Shown here in pieces: positions 1 to 14,100 of a stretch of 64,000 nucleotides of DNA. The stretch spans positions 135,666,210 through 135,730,209 of the forward strand of contig NC_068983.1 of assembly GCF_001194135.2 (NCBI RefSeq), written 5' to 3'. The notes beneath the pieces are model-generated. The model saw only the letters and a program-made list of their open reading frames with translations. It was not told where the DNA came from and did not search any database. Made by a program: the position numbers and the translations under genes. Positions within the stretch are counted from its first letter, which is position 1; every line of letters starts with the position of its first letter. This DNA comes from Octopus bimaculoides. Its lineage: Eukaryota.

Positions 1-175
1 TGATCATTGTCATTTAAAATCTGTTGTCCATGCTGGCATGGGTTCGACAGTTTGACCAGAGCAGGCAAGCTGGGGAGCTGCACCAGACTCCAGTCTGCTC
101 TGACATGGTTTCTTAGCTAGATGCCCTTCCTGATGCCAACCACTTTACAGAGTGTGCTGGGTGCTTTTACATAGC
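1..175 (-). mobile_element. RTE-tailed non-autonomous retroelement (SINE-like) 3' fragment
   Basis: Contains the family motifs ccatgctggcatggg and gatgcccttcctgatgccaaccactttacagagtgtgctgggtgctttt, the reverse complement of the 3' tail attached to the RTE ORF fragment at 44506-44722. Confidence 0.7.
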
Positions 176-2279
176 ATTGCATCAGCTTGTAGCAACAGAA
201 AACCTCAGGAGAGAGAGAGAGCAAAATTACTTGGTAAATAATTTTCACTGCAGGGAACAGTTCAATATTCCAGACACTTGTCTCACAAGAATTTTAAAGA
301 CAAAAATGTAGAATGAGACCAGATGTTTAAAACTCAATCCAGCATGGTGAATGGACAGTGGAAGTGTATACAGAATGGATTATTTTACAGTCAATTTTAC
401 CAGAAACTGCCATCTGACCATGTCCCATACAACCAACTCATCTTCCCACATTGTACACTATGTAACTTCATCATCTACGGTCACCCTAAAATCTATTAAG
501 CCAATACTCCTGATTGCCCAATTGTTTTGGTTGCTGACTTTCTAGTATATATTCATGATACCAACCATGCCCTCTGCCTCTTTCAAGTTCTGTCCACACT
601 TCAATCCCTTTATACTCATCCCCAAGATGATGGCCTCCTAGCACTAAACTTTCAAGTTAAGCATCCCAACTATCCACCACTTTGCTGAATTCATCCTCAT
701 GCTCACCTGTTTCTCTTTCCAAAGATTTCTATCTGCAAGCAGACCCATTGTGGACCTTCTGTCAACCATTTGTACTGTGAACAACAGCTAATTATCAATC
801 CCAACTGGAATTAATAATCACAGTTTCCTTTAGGAAAACTGCCTCCCAAACATCGCTACACCCTACCACTATGTGCAAACTATTATACATTACCCAATTA
901 TCATACATAACTTTCACAACTGTGACCAATAACCATGTTGCTGTTCTCAACATCATCCCCCACCCTATTCCCCAGAACCTATGTTACACACAAGCTGGTG
1001 ATAAACACTCCCTTACACCCACACATACATCTTGCTTATCATTCTGCATACTTCCATGCTATTCACTTTTCCTATTCCTCCACCATGCTGGATTTAGTTT
1101 AAGCAATATTTCTTTTATCTTTCTTTTCTTTTTCATGGTTCCTAACAAAGGACAAGTGTCCAAAATATTGAACCCCCAGTCCCTTCCTAATAGCATAACT
1201 GTGTACTTAATCTTCTTGTGCTTTTCTTTCTTTTTTGTTTTGTTCTAAAATTTATTTTGGATATACATTTCTTTTTCCACAAGGCAAGAGAGCTGCTACA
1301 CATTTGAATTATGTATGTAACACTTCCTACCAATAACCATTCAGCTATGAAAAGGGAGTGGCAGTTATTTTCCTCAAAGCCCAACCTCGTTCTCAAAAGT
1401 TGTAGTGTTCTCACCAAAAGAAAACTTAATACTGCATACATGATCAATCTACTTTTATTTTAGGGAAAGGAATAACTAAAATATTGTGATGTTCATGGCT
1501 TTTCCAAGAACATGTGTAACATACACGAAATTAGCTTCTACCAAAATTAAGTAAAATAAGGAAATTAATTAAAATAATTTTCTAATCTTTAAAACCCTGA
1601 GATAGGATAGAAGATATTTTATTATCTAATAGTACACCAGCAGAACCTCAACCACTGGCTGGAAACAATAAGTGGGTAAAAGACATGGATATGCATTTGA
1701 TTATTCTCTTATGCAAAATGACTTTTTTTTTTTTTTTACATGGTTTGATATTTTATTGTTTATACCAGAAATTTGTGATTTTAGAATTACTACATTGATT
1801 GAAAACCCCCAATTTGACTATTCAAAAAAATTTTTCCAACAAAAATTTCAGAACTAAATTGTATATGTTTTAATATTTTTTAAACAATTTTATGTCCCCT
1901 AATTCCAGATATACCAAATAAGCCAGTGAATAATAAATAAAATATGGATTAATTTCACAAACTCCCAAATAAACAGATTGAATAAGGTCTCAGTTACAAA
2001 TAAAACTAAGTAATCTGAGCTCTGGTATCGGTGACCTTAAGACCATTGTCAGTTAAAAAATTAATACAAAGGATACTACTTCAGTAGTTGGCAAGGTGAT
2101 GGGGTAGGATACATTCCCATGAGTTAAAATGAAGTTGTATTATTTAGTATCAGCTTTTGCAGACCAGAGCAAGCAAGTTTATTTAGCTCATGTAATCTTG
2201 CAATTAATATTACCTCAGTCAAATGCTTTTTGTTTTCTTTTAAATTAATGGGATGAACTGGGTGATCATAATATTATGA

Positions 2280-2313
2280 AGAGAGAGAGAGAGAGAGAAA
2301 GAGNNNNNNNNNN

Positions 2314-2391
<78 letters not shown>

Positions 2392-2400
2392 AAGAGAGGG
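2280..2400. repeat. (GA)n microsatellite spanning a 10-N gap (2304-2313)
   Basis: Directly visible dinucleotide array. Confidence 0.95.
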
Positions 2401-4910
2401 AAAGACAGACAGAGAAAGTAAAGAGTATAACGAAAGAGTTGAAAGAGGAACTGAGAAGAGTAAGTTCAAATCCCTTGCAAGTGTTGTATTCTCTAAGCAG
2501 GACATTTAATTCACTGTACGGAATTGGAGTAATGTTCAAATGGCTGGTTGACTTGTTTCTTATCCATTTAATGTTACAAAAAGGAATTAAATCCCAGACC
2601 CTATTGACTTCTGTAGTCCACAAAAGGATGTGGGGACAGAGGGGAGATATCCATTTAAAAACCTATCCAATAACAAACTGACTACATGATATCACTGGAT
2701 TATTTCATTAATGTCATTGATTTCTTTAATTGGCAATATGGCATATTTTTTTCTTATTTCCTCTTTTCTTTTTCATTATCTCACCACTCCCTTTCCTAAC
2801 TTCCTTTCTTATTGCCACTCTCCTTCACTTCCATCACTCATTGATTCCCATGCTTCTCCAAAAAGGCTTTCCCCACCCTTTTCCCCAAACCCCTCACATA
2901 TCCCATTCCTTTTCTTTTCTCTACCCTTTTCATACCACTTCTCTATCTTCTTCACCACTGTTTCTTACCCATCCCCTTATTTTCCCCCTCTTTAACTTCT
3001 TTCCTCTTGTCCTTCTTCCTGTTTTCACCTCACCCCTCTTTTCTCTATCATTCTCCACCATACACAATTTTCTGTTATTTAACTTCTAACCACTCCATGT
3101 ACAACACCTCTCAATCCACTCAGTTATTCTAAAGTTAATTGACCAATTACTGTATTGATCTTATTTAATGTGTTATATTGCTTTTCTAAATGTCTGTGTG
3201 TAGATATGAAACCTTAAAAACAAAACAATAATATACAGTGGAACCAAATTATCACAGGTTCTATTTCAATTTGAAATTAAGACATGCTGGAGATAAACAT
3301 TTGTAGATTATCTCCAGATTCTTTGGGCCCTTAAATCAATGAACAACTTCCTCGAGAACAATATACTTTTCATGGAACTGTAGTTTCCCTTTACTTTCCT
3401 TTAGACATTTTTCACAAGAGACTATCTTGTCAGCTAAAAACATAGTTTGCCACACCTGCCTTGGCATTCATAATGTAAAGAACCAAATACCACAAACACC
3501 TACAATCTAGATATAAGTAATTCTCTATTTATTGATTACCATAAGAGAAATCAAAACAGAAATAGTAAAATCACAGGTTCAGACTATTATACTCAACCTT
3601 ATGTATTTAAAATGCACAACTGTGAGAATGCCAAAGATTTATTTCTATGTCAAACATCTGTGACTAAATACTGAATAAAAGATACTATTCAGAATTGTAA
3701 AATGAACTATAAACCTTATTACAGCTCAAAAGTTTGAACACTCTCTCACTCAGATGAAATAACAACCCAGAAACAACAGACTCCACCCATCCCATGGCAT
3801 ACAAACTAATCCAAACTACACCAAATTTACAATTTTTGTCAATACAGACAGACCACTTTCAGTTTTCCTTGACTGTTTTTACCCATAACTCATCTCCACA
3901 GCATTATTGCTCAGTTTTTCTGACTTCAGCAGTTGAAGTTTCCTACAAATGCATTCAGTCACACACACCAATGTTTCTCATAATATAAAATAACAAAATT
4001 TGTCCCACAATAACCATCTCAAATTGATTTTAGTAAATATTCTTAAAGTCCAATCCTCATGTTCTAAGCATTGTAGCATTGTTATTGAATGGAAATATAA
4101 TTCATAGATACTAACTTACAAATCAGACTAGCAGCTGCTTGAAATAAGTTATAATCACTTTAGTACAACTTTTTTGATGTCATGCTGTACTTTTACTAAG
4201 AGTACAAAAGAGACACAAAAGGCAAGAACTTATAACTTGCCAGACACCTGGCCCATGGGGTCATGAATTTTCAGGCTCCCATCCCATTGTGTTTCTGAAT
4301 GACTAATTCAAATATCATTATTGAAAACATTTACTAAAAACAGGGATAGGAACAAAGTGGATTTGTTGAAAACAACATCATTGTTGCTGAATTAGGAAAT
4401 ATGCATTTCCTTTTCTACAACAGATTCATCATATTCTTTGCCTAATAATATTTGTGAAGTGTCTATGTAACTACAGTGAGTACTTAAAGCAATGTGACTC
4501 AATTGAGAGCACTTAAAATGACCCCAAATCAGGAAAACCTACCTTTGGACCAAATGTTTTCCTTAACCTAAGGAAATCTGCAGAGCTAAATAAAGTCCAC
4601 ATATACATAACTACACTACTTTGTGTAATTCATATATATATATATACACATATCAAACAAACTTGCAATAATTTTTTTAGGCAATTATCTTTGTAATGTG
4701 CACACTTGCATACACATAATCAAGAAGATAAAAGACTGAGACCCTTTACCTATATATTTTTGCATGTTTTAAAATATGCATAAATATAGACAAAAAAGGC
4801 ATGCAAACTTTTTAAGATAAAAAAAAGGTGGGCAAGATGAAGCATCATTGGATGGTGTTAATGATGACATGGTTGCTTCACAACCATGTGGTTTTAGGTT
4901 TAGGTTCAGC

Positions 4911-4912
<2 letters not shown>

Positions 4913-4968
<56 letters not shown>

Positions 4969-5066
4969 NNNNNNNNNNNNNNNNNNNNNNNNNNNNNNNN
5001 NNNNNNNNNNNNNNNNNNNNNNNNNNNNNNNNNNNNNNNNNNNNNNNNNNNNNNNNNNNNNNNNNN

Positions 5067-5128
<62 letters not shown>
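4913..5128. repeat. (GA)n microsatellite spanning gap 4969-5066
   Basis: Directly visible dinucleotide array. Confidence 0.95.
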
Positions 5129-5129
<1 letters not shown>

Positions 5130-5220
5130 ATATGCACACACATAGGTCTGTGTGAATGCTTGGTGTTTTCACTAGAAACTGAACACAAAAGCAGTGATGT
5201 TATGTTGAGATTGTTTCAGT

Positions 5221-5450
5221 GAGGATTTTAGTGTAATAGTTGCAGTCCATCAAGGCTCAGTTTTCAGTCCCCTCCTATTTACCATAATCCTACAGGCCAT
5301 CAGAAGCATTTAAGACTGGCTGTCCATGGGAACTCTTATATGCTCATGACCTAATTCTCATAGCTGAATCTATAACGGAGTTAGAGAGGAAACATCAGGC
5401 ATGGAAGCTAAATCTGGAGTTGAAAGGTCTTATGGTAAACTTAGTAAAGA
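5221..5450 (+). pseudogene. Non-LTR (RTE-clade) reverse transcriptase core fragment, inactivated
   Basis: Translates as EDFSVIVAVHQGSVFSPLLFTIILQAI, then after a frameshift EAFKTGCPWELLYAHDLILIAESITELERKHQAWKLNLELKGLMVNLVK. This matches the RT motifs GVxQGSxLSPLLF and YADD (here YAHD). Confidence 0.85.
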
Positions 5451-5749
5451 TATAGCAGAATCACAGGCAGACTATCAGTGAACATAAGCCTCATATGTGA
5501 CAGATGCACTGGAACAGTATGTTCCACAAACACACCAGTATGCCTTGATGGTTGACTAGTAGTTGATAGATTTTCCTACCTAAAAGATTTCATCAGCAAG
5601 GGAGATGGTTGCTCTGAATGCATAGTAGCCTGAGTAAGAATGGGTTGGAAAAAGTTCAGGGAACTAGTCATACCTGGTGACAAAGATTTTTTCCCAGAGT
5701 GAAAAGCAGTTTCTGGAAGCACTGCATGGGTATGTATTATATGTACATA

Positions 5750-6552
5750 CACAAGCACCTCAATTCCCTCTTCATATCAACCTTCCTCTCTACATCTCTG
5801 CTATCACAGCTCTTCCCCTTCTCAATACCACTTTTCACTCTTACTGTCCAGAATGTTCTCATTCGTTAGCCATTTTCTTCATTCAGTAATATTGTCAGCC
5901 ACACCCATGTTACAGTAACCATCCTACCCACTCTCTCTGGACCTCAAAATTATCTCTTATGTGTTACACCTATCTATTTCTCTATTCTGCTCTTGCAGCC
6001 TACCCAAACATGTCATTTTTCTTCACCTCCGGTCAAGGATATCATCATTACTAACCTGCTACTAGCATCCAACTTGGGTACCTCCTCCTTTCAAGCCTTT
6101 TCTGTCCACCTACCTCTCTCTTCTCCACTCTTGCAAACCCCTATCCACTATTACCTCTCTTACTTGCAGTACCATCCACTATCCCTTTCGAGATATCAAT
6201 AATTCATTTTCACTCTCTCCTAAATGTGAGTAGCCATGTAGCTCCTCTACAGCAACAACTTGTTCTACCCCAATGTTTTCCCCTCATACCTTAGCTCTCG
6301 TCCAACAAAGACACAAAAATCCCTTCATTGGGTTTGTAAATCAGCTAGCTACAGGGTGACCTCGAAAGTACCAGTGGTATGAAAAGTACCCAATACATAA
6401 TGTAAAATGGTTGGTATTAGGAAGGGCATCTAGCCATAGAAACCATACCAAAGCAGACAGTCGAGCATAACACAGTCCTTAAACTCATCGGATTCCTATC
6501 AAACCATCTAGCCCATGCCGGCATGGAATATGGGCATTAAATGATGATGCTG
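5750..6552 (+). mobile_element. Composite repeat: pyrimidine-rich body plus RTE-type 3' tail
   Basis: CT-rich body carries the shared motif gtagctcctctacagcaacaacttgttct, followed by ggaagggcatctagccatagaaacc...gcatggaa...aaatgatgatg. Start approximate. Confidence 0.55.
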
Positions 6553-7762
6553 AGTATGAAAAGTTTTTCTTTAATCCTTTTGTTATCCTATTTCTATTGA
6601 AATACATCCTCTTTGATTCAATTAATTTTGAAAATAAGTAAAAATATAGCAAAACCCCCCCCCCAAAAAAAAACTGATGTTTGGAAAATAAATTAGCATG
6701 AAGTTTTAAAGGGAAATTTTAATTTAGACTTTAAATGTAGAAGTTTGTACTATAGAACCAAAAGTAGTGTTGGGCAGGTTGGTATAAAAAGGTTTAACTG
6801 ATAATTTCTTTCTTTTGATAATGTTAGCAACAACAATTGGGCGTGATAAAAATTAGTTTATCAATATAATAGTATATGGCAATAAAAGAATAATTAGACA
6901 TCTTTAACAAAGAAATACAGTGGAAAATTACATTCCTGGAGATTATTAAAATAACTATCACATTCAGTTAAACTACAGAAGTTGACAAAAACAAAAACTA
7001 TTAAAAAGATAAAAAAATTTTCTAAAGAAATCTTGCTGAGATTTGATGTAATTAACCACAATGTTGGAGATTTTGTCGACCACATACATACTGTGTTTCA
7101 TTACTTGCCAAGAAGGTTTATTGAAATGAAAATTTTATTTCAAACACCCACAGTATAGCATTTACTACAAAACAATTAAAACAGTAACAGCTGCTACCAG
7201 CACAGATTGATCTTATACAATAGGAATTCAATTGTATAAAGTAGTATTGGAGAAATGAGAGTGCACGAGGTCCATACTTCTTACAAACAAGATGAAGCAT
7301 TGTGAGTAAAGTGAAATTGTAACAATGATGAATTGAAACAGGGTTGCATATTCAGCTCACCGGAAAGTTTACCTGTATTTTATTTCTTGCTACAAGTTGA
7401 AAAAATTGATTTTTAAAAAGTTATATCGTCAGATTTATAAAAGAAAGAAATAAAGTTGCCATATTTTCCACTAAAATATTAGTATGTAAAAATGGTTACA
7501 ACTTGCATTGATAATCAGATAGTGGGGCAACTCATAGAACCATATATGCCAACCATTAATATGGTATTGTACTTTTAAGTAAAGCGGTCAAATCATATGC
7601 ATTCTGACATATTGTTACCACCTGACCCTTGGCTGAATTTAGCAGAGCTGACATTTAGGCTAGATCTTCAGACTAAAGAGGATTCTTCCTCCCTTCCTTC
7701 TACCAATCTCAGAGGCCCTAGAAAACAGTCCTGGATAATATCCTTTATCCTTTAATTAGTCA

Positions 7763-7962
7763 TTAACCCTTTTGGTACTGAGATGAGACCGCCCAAGGTT
7801 CTATGATATAAAGTTCATGTTTTAAAGTGATCTAAATTAAGACCTCACATCAAAATTTCATGTTAATTTATGTTCCAAACACCAGCTTAAAAATGACTAA
7901 TTTCTCCAATATTTTCAAACATAACAAACAACAACAGTGTATTTTAACAAGAATATGGTGAT
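7763..7962 (+). mobile_element. piggyBac-like MITE, right end missing
   Basis: Begins TTAA-CCCTTT (piggyBac-type target plus terminus). Body resembles a common cephalopod MITE from my recollection only. No AAAGGG-TTAA right end is present. Confidence 0.4.
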
Positions 7963-9885
7963 GTCACAAAAAAAAAAAAAATCCTGCTAGTTTATTCCCT
8001 TTAGGTGTATGACCCAACTAAAGAGTTCTAAATGGTTGCTTGACATGCTAGAAATATGGCTATTTAAGAGGTACTTTTGCTAGACAGTCAGGTACATATT
8101 TTCCTACTTGGTAAAGTTAAGCAGTGTGTGCAATGGGTAAATAAAATGGAGAACATTGCAATCAGGTAAGATTAATACCATAAAATAAATGTGATATGTA
8201 TAAATGACAGTACATATGTTTATAATCAGTGCAGAAAATATGAAATAAGATTAGTGTTTATATGTATTTGTATTATTATTACCCAGTAATATACTCTTTG
8301 CTTAGATATACAAATATCTGTTCTGGAAAATAAACAGTTGAACCACTATTCAGATATCTAATTCCCTTTGCTTCTGTGCTTTTATGAAAAAAAGCCTATT
8401 GGTTAAAATAGTTGGCAATCTTCACCCAAAATGTTTTCATATTCTAGCAGAATGTTTTTTTTACCTCACAAACTTCAGCTAAAATTAGGGAAGGGCTAGA
8501 GAAGAGTTACTAATTTGCTAGCATTGTAACAAGTAAATCCAAAGACACTGTCTTCAGTGATATGACCAATAATAAAATATTAAAATAAAAACATATATAT
8601 AAAATGTATATAATACAAATTTCTGAAAATGATACTTAATCTCAATTGTTTATTGTTCTTGGTAGCTATGAGAATATTATTCAAAACAATTGTGAAATGA
8701 GACTATTCTTCATAAACAAAAGAATTTTACAGAACATACAATTAATGAAAATGTACCAAAACTAAAATTTAATTTCAAATTTGAGCAACTCAAATTATCT
8801 GGCTATTTTTAAACTGGGCAATTTCATTGGCTTAAATATGTAAAAAATTTCTACCCAAAATAAAATATACATTGTTGTTAGAATATAATAATGTACGTCA
8901 CAAATGATTATATGAGAATAACATGTAATTTCCTCATGAATTACATCTAGGTCATATATCTGATACAAAACTAAACACCATAATGGTGAAGGTGAAAATA
9001 GTAGAAGCAGTAGGGGGTCTGATAATAAGTGATGATGGCAGCAGCAGCACTGGTAACAGCGACAATGAAGGAGAGAAACCCCACAAAAGATGTGATGAAG
9101 TGTCAGTCATGAGAGAAAAATAGGTGCAGTTCTTAACTAGCAGGCGAGATTTAGCTTCTTTCATCTTTCAAGTATCAATGTTTTGAAGTATAACTGGATG
9201 GAATGTTGTTGGTTGCCGAACATTCAACTGACTCAGACATTCAGTCAAAGTTGATACCAAATACCATATTTTGAGAATGGGAGACAGTGGGGGTTTAAAG
9301 CTGCACAATTTTTTCTGTTTCAATGAGCATTTTTTGTACCAACTGAATCATTTTTCTGATTGAATTAAAACTCATTTTTAAGAAAAAAAAAAAACCGAAA
9401 AATAAAACTTTTATGCACTGTGATAACTAGAAGACAAATTACATTCTACAACAGTTGCAAGCAAATCAGTTTTTTTTTTTTTTGCAAATAAATTCCTTGA
9501 GCAAATTAGAAAATATTTCTCAGATATATGTAATAAATACTTTGTTCCTGAATGAAACAAAGTCTTATATTTTGTTTCAGAATGAAACAAAGTATTTATT
9601 TTAAAATAAGCAAAAAATAAGTAAAAACATTAAAGAATATTTCTGGCATATATCTCAATATCCATTATATTGACCTTTTTTTCCCTCTTTTTAAAGAGAA
9701 TCTCTCACTTTTTCTCTCCAAGCATAAAATGTACTGAATATTTCTATTCTGTTAAACAGTATTCAGTAAAATATTTTAGAATGAGATAAGGTTATAATTT
9801 TTGTCATTCTACATGATATACACATAAATACATATATAAGATCAACAACTGTTGCATTATTGTATGTATACACTATAAAATGGGT

Positions 9886-10246
9886 GGAGGCGCAATGGCC
9901 CAGTGGTTAGGGCAGCAGACTCGCGGTCATAGGATCGCGGTTTCGATTCCCAGACTGGGCGTTGTGAGTGTTTATTGAGCAAAAACACCTAAAGCTCCAC
10001 GAGGCGAACCCTGCTGTACTCTTTCACCACAACTTTCTCTCACTCTTACTTCCTGTTTCTGCTGTGCCTGTAATTCAAAGGGTCAGCCTTGTCACACTGT
10101 GTCATGCTGAATATCCCCAAGAACTTCATTAAGGGTACACGTGTCTGTGGAGTGCTCAGCCACTTGCACGTTAATTTCATGAGCAGGCTGTTCCATTGAT
10201 CGGATCAACTGGAGCCCTCGATGTCGTAAGCGACGGAGTGCCCACA
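9886..10246 (+). mobile_element. Young tRNA-derived SINE with target-site duplication
   Basis: Pol III A box TGGCCCAGTGG (9896-9906) and B box GGTTTCGATTCC (9939-9950). Flanked by actataaaatgggt (9872-9885) and actataaaatgagt (10247-10260), a 14-bp TSD with 1 mismatch. Many CpGs retained. Confidence 0.85.
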
Positions 10247-10499
10247 ACTATAAAATGAGTAAGCACATTATATGCACATGCAGGCATAAACAGTTGAATT
10301 TTGGAAGAATATTTCAGTGTGAAGTCAGCTGTACTAAGAAACACCACAAAACAACATAATAAATATAAAATGTGTATTAAATACACCAACTGTTTGAAAA
10401 AAAAAATGTGACTACATACATACACACACAAAGCTCTTGAGAATGAAAGCAACACAACTACAGGAATGCATGACTAATTATGCAGTAGGAAGAAGAATC

Positions 10500-10625
10500 T
10501 TTTCTATAAGCACAAGGCCCAAAATTTTGGGGGATGGGGCAGTTGATTAGATTAACCCTCCAGTACGCAACTGGTACTTAATCTATCAACCCCGAAAGCA
10601 TGAAAGGTAGAGTCAACCTTGGCGG
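10500..10625 (-). mobile_element. SINE fragment (same family as 18320-18460)
   Basis: gcacaaggcc...cagtacgcaactggtactt...ccccgaaagcatgaaaggtagagtcaacc recurs, diverged, at 18340-18460. Confidence 0.55.
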
Positions 10626-10650
10626 AGGAAGAAGAATAAAATAAACACTA

Positions 10651-10688
10651 TTAATGTTTCGAGCTAAGACTTTTTCATCAAGAGAAAG
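10651..10688 (-). ncRNA. Degenerate hammerhead-like motif (family C)
   Basis: Minus strand reads CTC-TTGATGA-AAAAGTCTTAGCTC-GAAA-CATTAA. Core is close to CUGAnGA...GAAA, but C3 and stem II/III pairs are broken. Confidence 0.3.
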
Positions 10689-11065
10689 TTCTTGCAGTCA
10701 GTTGGATTGTAAGTCCTTTGGTGAAGAAGTAGGACACAAAAGTAACTTACCAGACAATAGCTGATAGAAATAATTGAGCTGAATGAAGTTTCTTAGTAGA
10801 AAAAGCATTTCAGTCAAGGGAGGGATACTGAGGATGGGGGAGGGGTGCCAATGTATGTACATTTGTGTGCAGCACCATTTTTTCTCTAGGTTAAACTATA
10901 CTGAATTTGTATTGTACTGCACAGAATATGCTTGCATGGATTGGATGATTCATTGGGGAAGATTTTTCTATGGCCAATGCCCTTCCCGTTGTCAAGATGC
11001 ACCTGCCCCTTAGTAATATTTCCTTAGAGGCAGACACATTTTCACAACTGTGTGACGTCAAGAGG

Positions 11066-11102
<37 letters not shown>

Positions 11103-14100
11103 TGCAAGTGATAGGCTTCCTTCAGTTTCTGCCTACTAAATCCTCTAACAAAGCTTTAGTCAAGTTAATGCTGCAGTAGAAAACATTCACCCAACTCAAG
11201 GTGCCACATAGTGGAACTGAGTCCAAAACCATATGGTTTGAAGTAAAATTCAGCCCAACCTGTGTCTATGAAAAAAAACGTTGGGAGGTATGCATAAGCA
11301 ATAGGATGCAATATGGCAGTGAGTTTCTTGTGAGCAATTGCTATATTGAGAAAGGAATAAATTGTGGTGCATTGGATGCATAATATTTAAATTGAGATGA
11401 GAATATGTCAATTGAGGAAGCTACTGAGTACCAACCAAAGATAAATGGAGCAAGAAAACAAACCCACTAGATATACAAGTGTCAAGTGAATAAATGATTC
11501 CATACAGAATAAAGAAAGGGGAAGGTACTGCAACTAAGGTAAACAGCAAAAGCAAACTAGCTAAATGAATGTTATTGCACTGAAATGAGGAATTTTATCA
11601 GTTTAACACATCTCAGTTTACATAAGTATTAGGAATGGGTATCAGATCTCCTGATACAGAAAATCTGAGATAGACCCAATTTGAAATGGCAATTTGTCTT
11701 AATCCACTTAATGCCCTTCAATTGGAATAAAACACCAGCCCTTAAAAGTTTCTTAGTGTTCAGCAAAAATTTACAATTACACTTTATGAAAAGAGACCAA
11801 GGAAGATCTGAACAGAAATTTTTTAGACCTGAAAAAGTGAACTGACAGATGAGACAAAATCAAATGACATGTTTAAGATCCTGTCCAATCCATATCAAAA
11901 TAGAAAACTGAAATTTTAATACTTATTAATTCTTGAACTTATTAAAAAATTTGAAAGTCCTTTTCTGACTCAGAGAAACAGAATTGGTATTTATCACTGA
12001 TTTTCCTATGTTAAGCAAAGGAGGGAAATCCTCCTTGGACAGAGTAGATTTTTCTGCTGGAAAAATATTCAAGAATATAATAAATACTTAATAAGAGTGA
12101 CTTTGTGGCTACTAGAACGGCTAGAACTAATAAGGGAATTTGGCTGCTATTTTTAACTGCCAAATTCCACTCAAGCATCTCTTTACCATCTTAAGAAGAT
12201 GAAGGGCACACTAAGTACACTGCCTGAAAAAAAAGATGGTATGATCATGGCTGCAATGTTTTGATCGTCGATCTGTTTGATCAGAACTGATCTGGAGCTA
12301 AACAACAATACTGGCCAGTGTAGATTATTCTGGTTGTAGTGGCCCATCGAGAGCTAAAATACAAACAATGCTGGTGGCAAGGTATGAACTACTGAACCAC
12401 AGCTGGTTGTCCAGTACTTTATCAACTCAGCCAACTGTTATTACACTGAATCTCAAAATAAACCTAATAGTTTAAATAACAACCACAAGGAGTGGAGTTA
12501 GTTGGAATTTTTTCTTCAGCTCTAATTTTCCTTATTTCACTGAATTTATTCATTTATGTGTCATGATTATAAACAACAAAACGAAATACTTTAGACAGTG
12601 AACTTTATTGCCAACCTGTTAAGAAATTTGAATCTTATCCGAGACATGTTCCTCAATCTATTAGGTCCTAATTATATTTGATATCTCTGTGGTTTATATG
12701 GGAACATGACTAATGAAAATCATTGAAGAGGTGAAAAACATATCAATTTGGAGATGTTAAAAACAAACTTCAAAGTTTCTTCTATTTCAGTGGATAATTA
12801 AATTTCTAAAATATTTTCATTTGAGAGAGAGAGAGAAAATAGTCAAAGTGTATAAAATATTTTTTTAGATACATAGAATAAATTGTAAAGTGCTAAAAAA
12901 AAGTTTTGTTTTTTTTTACAACTCTAATCAAACAGCTCCATCAACCAGATGTTGATGATTTTAAAAAAATAACACCACCAGTTTATTTTTTTTTAATGTT
13001 CCTATCACCAATGAATTAACTGTTATAGATTGAAAGTTTTTCAGATAAAAAAATAATTAGAAAAGATTGCAAAGAGAAGGACCACAAAGTTGCACAAACC
13101 ATCACCAATAAACTAAATATAAAAAACACATGGGAAAATTTAGCTCTTTGGTTTTTTTGGGGATACAGAAAGGTCTTCTTTTAAAGTTAACTCATCTCAA
13201 GAATCTTAGTTTATCTTGCATAAATATTGCAATAAAGATATGAACATTAATTAAAGTAACTGTATACTAAGTGCAAAAGAAAATCTATGAAAAAGTAAGA
13301 ACTGGTCTGAGTAGCTAAGTTCACTTTCCAATAATTATGTTACAGTAATGTTAACAATGGTTATCAATGACTATAATAATTAGTACTAATAATTGGTTAC
13401 CAGAGATTGGGTTGACTCTAGAAAAATTGGGTAGATTGAAAACTGTGTGAAACCCATCAGATAGACTATAATTCAAATGACAGTTTTGTTACACTGTATC
13501 ATGCCAATTCTGCCTGAGGATTTCATTAAGGGTACGAGTATTCGAGTATTCGTGGAATAGTTAGCCATTTTACATTATAATTCAATGAGCAGGCAGTTCA
13601 ATTCATTGAACAACTGAAATCAACAGAGGATTCATTCATTTTTATTGAGACCTAGAAGTATTCATCTCTTGCTATTCTAACAGTGCATGCTGTGCAGGGT
13701 GGTGAAAGACCAATTTATTCACTAGGAGATTAAATCTGAACATCATAATAATAAAAGGTGTCATGATACAATTTGCCAAATATTTTCAAGGGCTGAAAAA
13801 GTAAGAGTTAGGATTACTAACAAGTTTGATTAAAATTGCAAGTTCAATACTTTATTTTTTTTTTTACTTTATTTCTTGAAACTACAGTAGTTAATATTCA
13901 GAGAAACAGAAAAAGATGATTCCAAGGGGATTTTGTTTACAGATTTTCTGAATTTCATTACAGATTCAAGTAAAAAGTGTGAAAATCTAATAAAGGCAAC
14001 AGTTATTTAAAATTGTATATATTCTTCAGCTGATGGGGGAGGGACTCAAAAAGCAAAAGACTTCAGCTTGCTAAAAAGCAGTTTGAAGAGAAAGCTTAGT

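Noticed and set aside
330-1000. Possible decayed LINE endonuclease region on the minus strand
   Set aside because: No clear AP-endonuclease motif could be read in any frame.
6955-7158. 67-codon open stretch KEILLRFDVINHNVGDFVDHIHTVFHYLP
   Set aside because: No start or acceptor, flanked by stops, and no family recognised.
8951-9123. Open frame ending ...NEGEKPHKRCDEVSVMREK*, resembling a C2H2 linker
   Set aside because: No CxxC...HxxxH follows, and the segment looks like decayed trinucleotide sequence.
9532-9600. 15-bp perfect inverted repeat enclosing a duplicated GAATGAAACAAAGT
   Set aside because: Very AT-rich, and most simply a small DNA-transposon remnant.
9886-9960. tRNA-like sequence
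   Set aside because: No complete cloverleaf, and it continues into a SINE body with a TSD. It is a SINE head, not a tRNA gene.
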